Shown here piece after piece: positions 26,211 to 39,607 of a DNA stretch of 64,000 nucleotides. Under the pieces are notes generated by a model that worked only from the letters and a program-made list of their open reading frames with translations, was not told the origin of the DNA and did no database searches. This DNA comes from Azolla caroliniana (lineage: Eukaryota > Plantae > Polypodiophyta): positions 3,596,001 through 3,660,000 of the forward strand of contig JBHGNT010000022.1 in assembly GCA_043228905.1 (NCBI GenBank). Reading direction: 5' to 3'. The translations under genes were made by a program, and so were the position numbers. How positions within the stretch are numbered: the first letter of the stretch is position 1; every line of letters starts with the position of its first letter.

Positions 26211-27689
26211 GCATTGAAATTCCGAAAAACGGATTGATATTCTTCAGCGCTAACAATGGCGATGGGATGAAAGAAAAGAGGAATAAGAGATTAGTAGGAA
26301 ATGAGAGAGACAGAAGGTAGGGAAAATCGGTTCAAACTGTCAGGAACAGTACTAAGACAGAGAAGGAATTAGTACTAAAAGAAGTATTAGTACTAAGAGA
26401 GGTGAAGAACTCTCGAGAGAAGGAAAGAGTGAGTGAGAGGGAGGGAGAGAGAGATCGAGAGAGAGAGAGAGTGATGATAAGAAAAGATATATATTATGTG
26501 AAGAAAATGTACAGTAGCTAGGAGGCTTAAGACTGGCGTTGAACCGATTTGGTTCGAAATAATGCCTTGTGCCTCCTTTTATAGTGTTCTAAGGAATACT
26601 CCTGAAGTTTCTAGAATGTTCCAGAGAAATCTGGAATATACATCAATTTTCTATAATAAAACATAAATGAAAATAATATTTTACGTATTACAATGTATAG
26701 TCTAATGGTCAAGAGCTCGACCCATGTAGCATAAGGTCATGGGTTCGAGTCTTGCCATATCATGACATATGCCATGTGCCATCTTTCTTTTTAACCAAGA
26801 GAATTGGGGCACCCCATGGAGATTTACTATAATGTATATAACCCATTCGTAAATAGTCCCGAGTTACTTAGATACCTCATCCTCTTCGGATCAACTTAAG
26901 CGATAAGGAGGTATACTTATTGGTACAATGCCAGGTACAATATCTATACAATGGTCTATATTACGTTTAGGAGTTAACCCATCTGGTAGTTCACTCGGAA
27001 AAACATCACGAAAATCATTTAAGATTTCATCAAGTTGTTGTTGTTCAAAATATGTTAATTGAACCGAGACATTATCGATATCGTAAATGTGAATGTCTGG
27101 ATCAAGTACACAATAAAATAGAGTAGAACAAGACAACTCGGATATTGATGGAGAGGAAACAATTGAGAGGGATTGTTTTTTTACACATTGAATAAAATGA
27201 GGACAATTGTTTAGTACAAAAGTTATTGAGTGATGAACCCAATCAATAGATAAAGAAGAGTTTTTATTATAGTACTAGGGGTAACCCAGTATTACATCAG
27301 TGGTACAAAGATTCATTACATGGAAGTCTACTTCCTCTATATAAGTATCAATAGAAATTCCTAATGAATGAATCGCCTCATTGATGTATTGTACTCTTCC
27401 ATCAACCAAGTGCACCGTATAGGTGTGATCACTTACGGTGGGTTGGATTCCCCATATCTGAACCAAACGATTATTCACAAAGTTGTGTGAACTTCCCGAA
27501 TCCAACAAAAATTGTACGGGAGATCTATGGAATACCCGTTTGCACGTAGTAAATCATTGGGACCCAATATATAGTAAGGGAAAGAACATTGACAATTACT
27601 TAAATGATGTGTATTGTTGTTCGGTCGACAATTACTACTTTGCTTACATAGTATAAGACGAACGTTCATACCTAACGTTCTATCAAGAA

Positions 27690-28545
27690 GTTGTGGTTAG
27701 ACGAATAGTTACTAATTATCTGTAAACTTATCGGTGATAATAGACACCTAGATCGTGACTTATGTAATATAGTTTAGATAGAAAGAAATAGATGGCAAAA
27801 TGTAATCCATACAGAGAGATTTCCTAACCAAACATTATATTACTAATTACAATGATTGATCTTTACAATGCCTTTGTTTTCATTTTATAGGTAACCCGAA
27901 GGTCATTTCTCATCAAGAAATCCTATTGCCTATAATTATCAAGAATTACAAAACTTCGTAACTAACAATGTCCTATTTGTCTATTTGCTGAGTCATCGAT
28001 TCGAACTATCGATCCGACTTCACCTCCAACTCTGAATATCCTTCCAACTCCGATGTATGTATACTTGTTCGAGTAACACTTCGCATGCTTGTGGGCCAGG
28101 ACGTTGTCTGGCGAACCCACGGAACCCTTTACTCCTGCAGCTCGGAGGAAAGATCTTCCTCCATCTTGAAATCATCGTCTGCGTCCTCCTGCAAAATGTC
28201 GAATAAGGAGGGGTTCTGCTTCTTGTGTTGCCACGCTTACGTCGTCTTCATCTTCAACTTCGGTGTCCTGCCTGTCGTTTACCTACAACGTTTCTTCACT
28301 TGATGATTTTGGCTCTGCCGAATCCGGTGCTCCAAGTCCAGGTGTTTTGGTTTCTTTTGAGCTTCAATATTGTCTAACTCAACAGATATATCGACATCAT
28401 GCTTGTCAAATTCCTGCATGACTCGGTTAATTTCTTCTTTAAAATAAGCCGCCATGTCGTATAGGTCCTTAGCAATATCTTCCTGAACTATTGCCATTGC
28501 TTCCTTCGACATTTTGAGGAAGCCATTGCCCATAACTTTCCTATT
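27690..28545 (-). mobile_element. LTR-element fragment (probable LTR plus charged/coiled-coil ORF remnant)
   Basis: Minus-strand CTATAAAATG at about 27885 and ORF 28279-28533; boundaries unclear. Confidence 0.35.
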
Positions 28546-29374
28546 TGGCCATATCTATTTCATATATTGCAAAGCCTCGACATCAAAGTTTTCCTTTTCA
28601 TATTTTGAAAGTATACAAAAACTTTATGTACTCGTGCGACATGAATGAATAAATAAATCTTTTCCAAACTTGTTATAGAGGTTTCCTATTTGTGTTGCCT
28701 TTTCCTAATTAACATTTTATCCTCAATGTGTAGATGTGTTCTCTAATGACCATTTTGTATTAGAACTTATCATTTTATCGTAAACAAGCATACCCAATTA
28801 GGAATGATTGATTTGGACTAAAAGTTATGATTTTATCCTCAGAATATATACCCTTAACGTGTAGATATATTATCATTTTATCCTCAACGTGTTGATGTAT
28901 TATTGAATGATCGTTTTGTATTAGAAATTATCATTTTATCGTAAACAAGCATACCCAATCAAGAATGATCGATTTGGACTAAATGTTATGATTCTACCCT
29001 TAGGATATATACACTTAACGTGTAGATGTATTATCATTTTATCCCATCCTGTAGATGTATTCTTTTGGTTTCCTTTATTCAATTCGAAACTATCACTTTG
29101 TATTCGACGGAAACCAAATCATGAATGATCATTTTATATGAGAAGTTATCAATTTAATCTCAATTTTAGCCAATCTTGAAGGATATGTGTGGATTAATAG
29201 TTACTATTTTATTCTAAAGGTGTGTAATCAATCGACAATAATCTTGCCTTAATATGTGGCAACATACATAGTCTTGTTTTAAATTTTCCTTTTCGTTGTC
29301 AGCAAATATTATGGCTATTCGTATGGTGAAGTCGTGAGAGACCTTGGGAAATACTAACGAAGACGAGTTCATCG

Positions 29375-29448
29375 TGGCCAATGGAGGTTTTGAACCTGCG
29401 ACCTTCGCGTTATTAGCACGACGCTCTAACCAACTGAGCTAATTGGCC
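29375..29448 (-). tRNA. trnI-AAU: tRNA-Ile(AAT), best-preserved copy
   Basis: GGCCAATTAGCTCAGTTGGTTAGAGCGTCGTGCTAATAACGCGAAGGTCGCAGGTTCAAAACCTCCATTGGCCA: 7-bp acceptor, D arm, anticodon loop CT-AAT-AA, A and B boxes; one C.C mismatch in the T stem. Confidence 0.75.
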
Positions 29449-30447
29449 ATGTCTATGTCAAATATTGCCAAGCCTACACATGAAAGGTTTCGTTTTCATA
29501 TTTTGAAAGTATACAAAAACATTATATACTCGTGCGACATGAATGAATAAATATATCTTTTCCAAACTTGTTGTAGAGGTTTCCTATTTGTGTTGGCTTT
29601 CCTAATTATCATTTTATCCTCAATGTCTAGATGTGTTCTCTAATAATCGTTTTGTATTAGAAGTTATCATTTAATCGTAAACAAGCATACCCGATCAAGA
29701 ATGATCGATCTGGACTAAAAGTTATGATTTTATCCTTAGGATATATACCCTTAACGTGTATATATATTATCATTTTATCGTTAACGTGTAGATGCATTCT
29801 CTAATGATCGTTTTGTATTAGAAGTTATCATTTTATCGTAAACAAGCATATGCAATCAAGAATGATCAATCTGGTCTAAAAGTTATGATTTTATCCTCAG
29901 GATATATACCATTAACGTGTAGATATATTATCATTTTATCGGCAACGTGTAGATGTATTCTCTAATGATCGTTTTGTATTAGAAGTTATCATTTTATCGT
30001 AAACAAGCATACCCAATCAGGAGTGATCGATTTGGACTAAAGGTTATGATTCTACCCTCAAGATATATACCATTAACGTGTAGATATATTATCATTTTAT
30101 CCTCATCGTGTAGATGTATTCTTTGTGTTTCCCAATCATGAATGATCCTTTTGGTTTCCTTTATTCAATTCGACACTATCACTTTGTATTCAACGGAAAC
30201 AAATCATCAATGATCATTTTATATGAGAAGCTATCAATTTAATCTCAATTTTAGCCAATCTTGAAGGATATGTGTGGATTACAAGTACTAAGGTTGTGTA
30301 ACCAATCGACAATAATCTCACCTTAATATGCGGCAACATACATACATTTTTTTAAATTTTTATTGTCGTGGTCAACAAACTTTATGCCAATTCGTATGGT
30401 GAAATTGTTAGAGAGCTTGGGAAATACTAACGAAGACCAGTTCATCA

Positions 30448-30520
30448 TGGCCAATGGAAGGTTTGAAACCTATGACCTTCGAATTATTAGCACAACGCTC
30501 TAACCAACTGAGCTAATAGG
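30448..30520 (-). pseudogene. tRNA-Ile(AAT) pseudogene
   Basis: Indels, broken B-box and acceptor stem. Confidence 0.8.
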
Positions 30521-31372
30521 AATGTTTATTTCATATATTGCCAAGCCTACACATCAAAGGTTTCCTTTTCATATTTTGAAAGTATACAAAAACTTTATAT
30601 ACTCGTGCAACATGAATGAATAAATAAATCTTTTCCTAACTTGTTGTAGAGGTTTCCTATTTGTGTTGGCTTTTCCTAATTATCATTTTATCCTTAATGC
30701 GTAGATGTGTTCTGTAATTATCGTTTTGTATTAGAAATTATCATTTTATCGTAAACAAGCATACCCAATCAAGAATGATCAATTTGGACTAAAAGTTATG
30801 ATTTTATCCTCAAGATATATACCCTCAACATGTAGATGTATTATCATTTTATCGTCAACGTGTAGATGTATTCTCTAATGATCGTTTTGTATTAGAAGTT
30901 ATCATTTTATCGTAAACAAGCATACCCAATCAGGAATGATCGATTTGGACTAAAGGTTATGATTCTACCCTTAGGATATATACCATTAACGTGTAGATGT
31001 ATTATCATTTTATCCCATTGTGTAGATATATTCTTTTGGGTTCGCAATCATGAATAATCCTTTTGGTTTCCTTTATTCAATTCGAAACTATCACTTTGTA
31101 TTCGACGGAAACCAAATCATGAATGATCATCTTATATGAGAAGTTATCAATTTAATCTCAATTTTAGCCAATCTTGAAGGATATGTGTGGACTATAAGTT
31201 ACTATTTTATTCTAAAGGTGTGTAATAAATCGAGAATAATCTCACCTTAATATGCGGCAACATACATACTTTGGTTTTAAATTTTTCTTGTCGTTGTCAA
31301 CAAACATTATGGCTATTCGTATGGTGAAGTCATTAGAGAGCTTGGGAAATACTAATGAAGACCAGGTCATCG

Positions 31373-31446
31373 TTACCAATGGAAGTTTCGAACCGGCGAC
31401 CTTTCCGTTATTAGCACGACGCTTTACCAAACTGAGCTAATTGTCC
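31373..31446 (-). pseudogene. tRNA-Ile(AAT) pseudogene
   Basis: 74-nt copy with several stem mismatches. Confidence 0.8.
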
Positions 31447-32136
31447 ATGTCTATTTCATATATTGCCAAGCCTACACATGAAAGGTTTCCTTTTCATATT
31501 TTGAAAGTATACAAAAACTTTATATACTCGTGCAACATGAATGAAATAATAAATCTTTACCGAACTTGTTGTAGAGGTTTCCTATTTGTGTTGCCTTTTC
31601 CTAATTATCATTTTATCCTGAATGTGTCGATGTGTTCTCTAATGAGTGTTTCGTATTAGAAGTTATCATTTTATCGTAAACAAGCATACCCAATCAAGAA
31701 TGATCGATTTGGACTAAAAGTTATGATTTTATCCTCAGTATATATACCCTTGACGTGTAGATGTATTATCATTTTATCCCATCGTGTAGGCGTATTCTTT
31801 TGGTTTCCCAATCATGAATGATCCTTTTGGTTTCCTTTATTCAATTCGAAACTATCACTTTGTATTCGACAGAAACCAAATCCTGAATGATCATTTTATA
31901 TGTGAAGTTATCAATTTCATCTCTATTTTAGCCAATATTGAAGGATATGTGTGGATTACAAGTTACTATTTTAGACTAAAGGTGTGTAATCAATCGACAA
32001 TAATCTTGCCTTAATATGCGGCAACATACATACTTTTGTTTTAAATTTTTCTTGTCGTTGTCAACAAACATTATGGCTATGCGTATGGTGAAGTCGTTAG
32101 AGAGCTTGGGAAATACTAACGAAGACCAGTTCATCG

Positions 32137-32210
32137 TGGCCAATGAAGGTTTTGAACCTGTGACCTTCGCGTTATTAGCATGACGCTCTAACCAACTGAG
32201 CTAATTGGCC
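32137..32210 (-). tRNA. trnI-AAU: tRNA-Ile(AAT) near-intact copy
   Basis: Perfect acceptor and D arm, AAT anticodon; mismatches in the anticodon and T stems. Confidence 0.5.
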
Positions 32211-33061
32211 ATGTCTATTTCATATATTGCCAAGCCTACACATGAAAGGTTTAGTTTTCATATTTTGAAAGTATACAAAAACTTTATATACTCGTGCGAC
32301 ATGAATGAAGAAATAAATCTTTTCCAAACTTGTTTTAGAGGTTTCCTATTGGAGTTGCCTTTACATAATTATCAGTTTATTCTCAACATGTAGATGTTTT
32401 CTCTAATGATCGTTTTTTATTAGAAGTTATCATTTTATCGTAAACAAGCATACCCAATCAAGAATGATCGATTTGGAGTAAAAGTTATGATTTTATCCTT
32501 AGTATATATACCCTCAACGTGTAGATGTATTACCATTTTATCCTCAACGTGTAGATGTATTCTCTAATGATCGTTGTGTATTAGAAGTTATCATTTTATC
32601 GTAGAGAAGTATACCCAATCAAGAATGATCGATTTTGAGTAAAGGTTATGATTTTTCCCTCAGGATATATACCCTTAACGTGTAGATGTATTATCATCTT
32701 ATCTCATCGTGTAGACGTACTCTATTGGATTCCCAATCTTGAATGATAATTTTGGTTTCGTTTATTCAATTCAAAACTATCACTTTGTATTCGACGGAAA
32801 CCAAATCATGAATGATCATTTTATATGAGAAATTATCAATTTAATCTCAATTTTAGCCAATATTGAAGGATATGTGTGGATTACAAGTTACTATTTTAGT
32901 CTAAAGGTGTGTAATCAATCGACAATAATCTTGCCTTAATATGCGGCAACATACATACTTTTGTTTTAAATTTTTCTTGTCGTTGTCAACAAACATTATG
33001 GCTATTCGTATGGTGAAGTCGTTAGAGAGGTTGAGAAATACTAACGAAGACCAGTTCATCG

Positions 33062-33135
33062 TGGCCAATGGAGGTTCCGAACCTGCGACTTTCGCGTTAT
33101 TAGCACGACGCTCTAACGAACTGAGCTAATTGGCC
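33062..33135 (-). pseudogene. tRNA-Ile(AAT) copy with A-box and B-box mutations
   Basis: Stems as in consensus, but D-loop GG changed to CG and TTCGAA to TTCGGA. Confidence 0.75.
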
Positions 33136-33430
33136 ATGTCTATTTCATATATTGCCAAGCCTACACATGAAAGGTTTCCTTTTCATATTTTGAAAGTATA
33201 CAAAAACTGTATATACTCATGCGACATGAATGAATTAATAAATCTTTTCCAAACTTGTTGTAGAGGTTTCCTATTTGTGTTGGCTTTTCTTAATTATTAT
33301 TTTATCCTCAACTTGTAGATGTGTTCTCTAATGATCGTTTTGTATTAGAAGCTATCATTTTATCATAAATAAGCATACCCAATCAAGAATGATCGATTTG
33401 GACTAAAAGTTATGATTTTATCCTCAGGAT

Positions 33431-36400
33431 GGAGTGCTGGACATGGTAGCCGATCATGAAGAGTATAGCTTCCTAGACGGTTTCAGTGGCTTTAATCAAA
33501 TCAGGATGCACCCCGACGACCAAGACAAGATGGCCTTCGTCACCGAATGGGGAGTCTTTGTCGCAGTGGTAGTGATGTTCGGGCTCCGACGACCTTCCAA
33601 CGAATAATCATGGAAATATTTGGCGAGTTCATTTCGGCCTTCATGCAGGTATTCCTGGATGACTTTGCCGTGTATAGCCGAGAAGGAGAACATGTCCAAC
33701 ACTTCCGGCTATGTCTCGAGAAATGCAAGAGTTATCGGCTAAGCCTGAATCCAACAAAGTGTATGTTCGGAGTAACATGCAGTGCATTGCTGGGCCCTCT
33801 TGTCAGGAAGGTCGGGATCGCGGTAGACTCTGATAAGGTGAAAGCAATCTTAGAAGCACCGGCGTCATCCACAGCCAAAGCTTGGAGTCGGTTTCTAGGG
33901 CAAATCCGGTGGCATAGCCGGATGCTCTGGTATTTGGCCGATCTTGCTACACCATTGCATGCCACGGTTCACCAGATACTGTTCCAATGGACAAATACTG
34001 AGCATGAGGCTTACCGGGCATTGAAAGTACTGCTATCACAAGCATCGGTAGTACAACCAACGCACTAGTCAAAAGAATTCCACGTGTTCGTTGATGCATC
34101 CGACATAGCAATCGGTAGTGCACTAATGCAACAGACGGAACCGAAATGGTACCGACCGATCTATTATGATAGCCGGAAATTATCCCAGGCAGAACGAAAT
34201 TATTCAACAACGGAACGAGAAGCCTTAGGGATGATTTACAGTGTTACCAAGCTCTAGCACTATTTAATGGGAAAGAAATTCTCATTTCATGTCGACCACT
34301 CAGCGCTAGTATATTTGGTCGCAAAGGCATCGCTCACCGACAAGTTGGCTCGGTGAACATTGTTGCTAAAAGAGTTTCAGTTCAAAATATATCACTAGTT
34401 GGGAATACAACATGCGTTTGTCGATTATCTGAGCCGGTTAGATTCCGACGAGACCGGTGATGGAGTCCCGGATGAGTTTCTGGATGCCGAGTTGTTTAAA
34501 GTAATAGCAAAAACGGCAGCCGATAGCACGGTAGTCGACAAAGACAAATGGCTAACCAACATGCATCAATTCCTAAGCACGGGACTCCCACCAGAGGAGA
34601 TGAACCAGGATGAGCACAAGCGGTTAGCGGTGCAAAGCCGACATTTTTGTCTACTACAGGACACCCTGTACCACAAAGGCGCGGATGGCATATGACGGCG
34701 AGTTGTGCGAAGCGACGAAAACGACACAATCTTACGAGAAGCGCACTGTGGAGTTGCCGAAGGGCACTATGCCGGGGATGCTACGACAAGAAAAATATGG
34801 CATAACGGGCTATGGTGGCTGACGACACTAAAGGACTCGGTTCGGTACGCGAAAGTCGATGATTTGTGTCAGTGGATGGGTCAACCAACAGAACAGGCAA
34901 GGATGCCTCACCAGTAGGTGCTACCCTTAGGACCCTTTCAGAAATGGGGGCTGGATTTCGTTGGGCCGTTTAAACCTCCCGCAATGAGAACCGGCAACAG
35001 ATATGTTATAGTTGCCACCGATTATTGCACCAAGTGGGTAGAAGCGAAGGCTTTGCGGGACAACATTGCGGCATCAATGACAAAGTTCTTATATGAGTAC
35101 ATCTGGTGCCAGTATGGATGTCCGATCGAGTTATTTAGCGACCAAGGCGTACATTTTCTCGGTCAAGTAGTGGAGAGCTTAACAACATTCTAAGCAGTGG
35201 TACACAAGTGCAATACCCCTTATTATCCACAGGCCAATGGACTGGCCGAATCCACGAACAAAACGCTCCAAAACATCTTGCGAAAGATCGTCAATGAAAA
35301 CCAAACTAATTGGGACACTAAGCTGCAGAGTGCACTATGGGCATACCGGACGGCACACAAAACAAGTATCCGGTCAACTCCATTCCGGTTAGCATTTGGG
35401 CTTGAAGCAGTAATGCCGATTGAATTTCAGGTTCCGAGTTTGCGGATACAGGTTAGAGAACGACTAAGTGAAAAGGAATCGGAAAAAATCCGGTTAGCCA
35501 CATTATGCGAACTCAAGGAGCATCGGATAGCAAGTCTCATGCAGTTGGACTAGAGCAACGATGAAGGAAGGCGTTTGTCAACCGGCACCAGAAGGGCAAT
35601 GAGAAGATTTTCAGGATGAGCAAACCAGACCGTATTGGATAACGTGGGAATTCAACTGGTCATGCCAGCTTGGAACACTCGCTGGTGAGATAATGGGCAA
35701 ATGGGTCAGTGGGTTTCGACTAAACTATATTGTGGACCTATGCCACAGAATCCGTTTGAGCAGACGGAGGCTAATACAACAGTGGGAAGCAGGAAAGAAG
35801 TACTCAATAGTCAGGCAGAGCCGGCGTTACTGGATAACGACAAACAGGTGGCCGGCAAACATGAAGATGGGGAAAAACCGGGATACAGAGCCGGTGCTTC
35901 CAGCTAACTATAACTCAATTTAAGTCATCATGCACAAGCGAGGAGCGAACGGGCACTTTGAAAAGGTTTGGTGGGTGGCTAACTAAATTCTTTAAAAACA
36001 GGTGCACCACGTGTCAACCGACTGCTATATTAGTACAGGACGTGCATGTGCAGGAATCAAGAAAACGCGCCATGCATGGAGAAAGAAAACCTACGCTGCA
36101 TAGAGTCCCTTTCATTTCGCGAACACATTGATCTCGGTGTCCACAGGCGATTACGAGTGATCAAGCGAGAGCATGCAGAGTACGCATGCGCACCCATCTT
36201 ACCACAACCTACCGACTCCGAAGACGACATGGAATGTATGGTACTCTAAGAAGCGGCTAAGAAATGGCCAACGCAACTAGGTCTAGAGGGATTCTTGCGA
36301 ATAGTCGAAGCACCGTCGAACGGAGATGCAGAAAATGTCGTTAAAGTCATCGACACGGAGGTCATCACCGAGGAAGCCATCCGAGCCATGACCGGCCTAC

Positions 36401-39400
36401 CAGAAGGGCGGATCCACTCGATCGACAACCCTTCACAAGATCTGCAAACGAGGTATTTTGGGGAATACTCCCTGGGCAACAAGGCGTACCGCACGCAAGG
36501 CTGTGAAGACCTTCTGTTTCGGGAAATTGCTCGGGTACTCCATGAGTATGGCCATGTATACCCCCGACCACCGGCGATGCCTAGGAATAGTGCCGGTTTG
36601 ATCATAGCCACTTATGACGGAGGATAGGTGGATTGGTCGGTAATGATTGCCGACGGCCTGAGTGCTGCCATCGTCTCCATAAAAGATGGCAAAAAGATGT
36701 GGACAGCAGTGGGGCGATGGCTCACTTTGTTAGCACCACCGGTAGAGCCCACAAAACAAAGAAAGAGGGGAAGACTGATAGAATCGACCCCCAAAGCAAC
36801 TTCCAAACGACAGCAACTCCTGGCTACCCAGGCGAAAGAATGACCTAATTGGAAGAGGCTGGCAGAGAAGGAGGTATCGGTGGATACCTCGGGGAGACTG
36901 TTGAAAATCAAGTTGCGCCTATCCGAACAACAAGCAGAACAGCAACCGGAGAAAATGCAGGGGCAAGACCCCTTAGCGGAGTTAATCAACAACACGACCT
37001 TGGAAGAAGAACAACAGGAAGACAAGCCGACTGAGACGCTGCTACGGCGTCGCCAAATAAGTGAAAAAGGCCACGAAGGGGGGGCATCAAGGCTAGCGGA
37101 GGACAATATAAAGGAACCCCTCCCTAAGGAGTTGCAACCTAGGAAGGCGACAGAACTGGCTCAACCACAATCGAGCACGGAGCAAGTGCAGCAGCAGGAC
37201 ATCGCGGAACCTGCGGTCCAGGACACGGCAGTACCGGTGAATTAGGAACCGGTCATTGAATTGCCGGCATCACCGCCGCAGCAGCAATAACCAGAACCGG
37301 AGCGACCGTGTGACGTAACCGTCAACAATAGTAGGCTCGTGACCAGTGAAAACGCTATCCCACGACCACAAGGCACCGACAGTCGATAGCTCCGATGAGT
37401 AGCAGAACAAGTGACTGGTGTTGTCTACCAGTTAGAAGCGGAAGAGAAAGCGCAAGAAGCCTGGTTGCTAGCCACAACCGAGGAATTAGAGATGGCCCAG
37501 TCAAGAATCTGACACATGGAAGAAGACATAAAGAAGGCCAGAACAGAAATGGCCAAGTTGGTCATAGAAGGACCACAACAATCGGAACTGGTGGTCCCAG
37601 TAACTCTACAGAACGTTCAAACCTCGGTGACAGCGGCAGGCCCAGATACTCATAAATCGTCAACACAGGAGCTTGCCACACTAAGGGAGAACCTGATAGC
37701 ACAAGAAGCCTTACGAGGCAGGGAACGCGAATTAAAAAAAGCGGTAGAGGAGGAACAAAGGAGAACGGCTGATAGCCTTGGTTGAACAGAGGGAAGCTTG
37801 AGAAGAGGTCATCAAGCGTATGATTGGCTGAAAGAAGAGAAAGAAAAACTCCTGCAAGAAAATGAGAAACTCTGGAGGATGGCAGAAGTGGAGATTGAGC
37901 GCCTCAAAGGAGAGCTCCGGCAAGAAAAAGACTGTGAGGACCGCGCTCGCCGGCTTATCAATCAAAAGCTCAAACAGAAAACTAATGACTTTGACCGACT
38001 GCACCGGGATTATAAGAATTTGGATGCCGATCATAAGAATTGACTACCGAAAGTGACAGGCAGCAGGAAAAGTGCAGAGAACTCTGGGAGGAAGTTAACC
38101 GGTTGACGGCGGTAGTGCTGGAAGAGCAGTCGAAGGGAGCCGAAGTAGCGAAACAACTAGTGGCAGTAGTGAAAGAGAGACTGGACCTGCAAGTGCAACA
38201 CCATGCAGAAACGGAGCACGCTACAATGACTCTGAACCGAGTTCAGACGACATATCAAACCCAACTCATGCACTACAGAAGCCAAGAAGTGGCAACCGCA
38301 AGCCTGATCAAACAATTGAAGGATGAAAACCGGGCTACGGAAAACAAGTTGAAGATGGGGTTGGGGAGGATCCGGGACATCGTACTGGCATGGAGGAATC
38401 AAACAAAGCAATTGGTGGAAGAAAGCTTAGTACAGTGGTGGTCGAACTGGGCTAAGCAGGCAACAGAGCTGCAGTTGCTGCCGGCAGATGCGGAGAACCG
38501 GTGGAAAGAGGGTGACAAAGTGTACATCCGGGATAAAGAAAGCATTGAAGCAATAAAATAGGAACTGGCAGATGATTTCATATCCTTGGCTGATGAGCAG
38601 AGGGTGGCGGTACACTAGTTGGTGGCACAGATGGATGATGACCAGTTGGACAACCAACTCGATTTCGAGAAGTACGAACGGGAAAGGTGATGGCAAGAAG
38701 TGGCCAAGAAAACTGCGATGATTAGCATCAGTTACGAGGAGCCATCTTCAGAACAAACACTGGTTAAAGCCGGGGGAAGCCAACCAGATAGTACTCAGGA
38801 GGAGCCACTAAAGGAAGATCATCCGTGGGAACTAGTGCACGCCGGACAATCGAACCAGGAGATGCCAAGACCGGTAGAGCCGGAAAAGGAGGAAGGGCCG
38901 GTAAGACCAGTTGAGCCGGAACGGAAATGGATACAGAGCCGGTTAGACCGACGGAGCCGTAGGCAATAGACGTCAACCAGCAACAGCCACATCCGGAGGA
39001 ACAATAGCAGCAGTAGAGTACAGAACAGCTTCCCGAAGAACCATTGGAACCCTTAGATCAGAGCATTCTGGACATTTTGGAGGACGAATGAAGGATGAAT
39101 CATGGGATTCGATGTACAAGGTACTGTCCCATGGGTGTGCCATGTGTTAGCCGGCCGACAAGGGTAGTCCAAAATGGGAAACGAGGGGATAATTAATAAC
39201 CGGGAGCTGATTATATATTTATATAGAATTATTATGATTTGAGAAGTGAACGGACGGACACGGAATTGGTATGCCGATCCGGATCCGAACCGGTTCGTAG
39301 CCGGTTGCCGGTTGGCACCGGTTTGTACCTAAAACCGGAGACCTATAAAAAGGGCCCGGTTAGATTGTAAGCATTAGAGGATAATTAATAGAGTGTTGTT

Positions 39401-39607
39401 GTTCTGTATCGTAATCATTGTTAATTACCATTCTGTGCTAAGTGTAATTTATCCTATGCGTGTATTGTGACTAATGATATTGTCACTAGTAACCAATTAG
39501 GGTTCCATTAATAGTCGGTCTAACTCTATCTCACCACAACACCCTTTTGGTGAAGTGTCTCAAGGGGACACCCTATGTTAGGACATTGTCCGGCCCTAGC
39601 GATAACA
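33431..39607 (+). mobile_element. 5'-truncated Athila/Tat-like (non-chromovirus) Ty3/gypsy: RT-RH-INT, extra ORF, 3' LTR
   Basis: FLDGFSGFNQI and FLDDF RT, FVDASDIAIG RNase H, KWGLDFVGPF..ATDYCTKWVEA integrase; 3' LTR 39145-39607 (TGTTAG...ATAACA, TATA at about 39344) abuts the host element. Confidence 0.85.
36200..39030 (+). pseudogene. Extra (env-like/ORF3-type) reading frame downstream of integrase, coiled-coil rich, decayed
   Basis: Series of same-strand ORF pieces (36295-36843, 36880-37245, 37516-38561, 38700-38969) interrupted by stops. Confidence 0.6.

Larger units (their letters stand above)
21108..26767 (-). mobile_element. Near-intact Ty3/gypsy chromovirus (Tcn1/Tf1-sushi-like, self-priming)
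   Basis: 430-bp LTRs (21108-21537 and 26338-26767, 8 transitions apart), TSD TATAC/TATGC, PPT AAAGGGGGGATAG, gag plus pol with chromodomain; removing it restores the host RT sequence DGTWHMCINY. Confidence 0.95.
17930..27670 (-). mobile_element. Decayed Ty3/gypsy chromovirus (PR-RT-RH-INT-chromo), host of the nested element 21108-26767; 5' end missing
   Basis: LDSGSSHNF protease, [11 protein letters not shown] and FLDDIL RT, RNase H, VVDRLTKMARF integrase, chromodomain remnant at about 18460-18560; PPT (tactccccctc on +) next to the 3' LTR (about 17930-18392); many stops. Confidence 0.85.
28546..33430 (-). repeat. tRNA-Ile macrosatellite block 4 (best-preserved head-to-tail array)
   Basis: tRNA copies at 29375, 30448, 31373, 32137 and 33062; spacings 1073, 925, 764 and 925 bp. 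Confidence 0.95.

Noticed and set aside
31242-33318. Repeated 62-72 aa ORFs as a peptide gene family
   Set aside because: Chance frames through satellite and antisense tRNA sequence, broken in other monomers.
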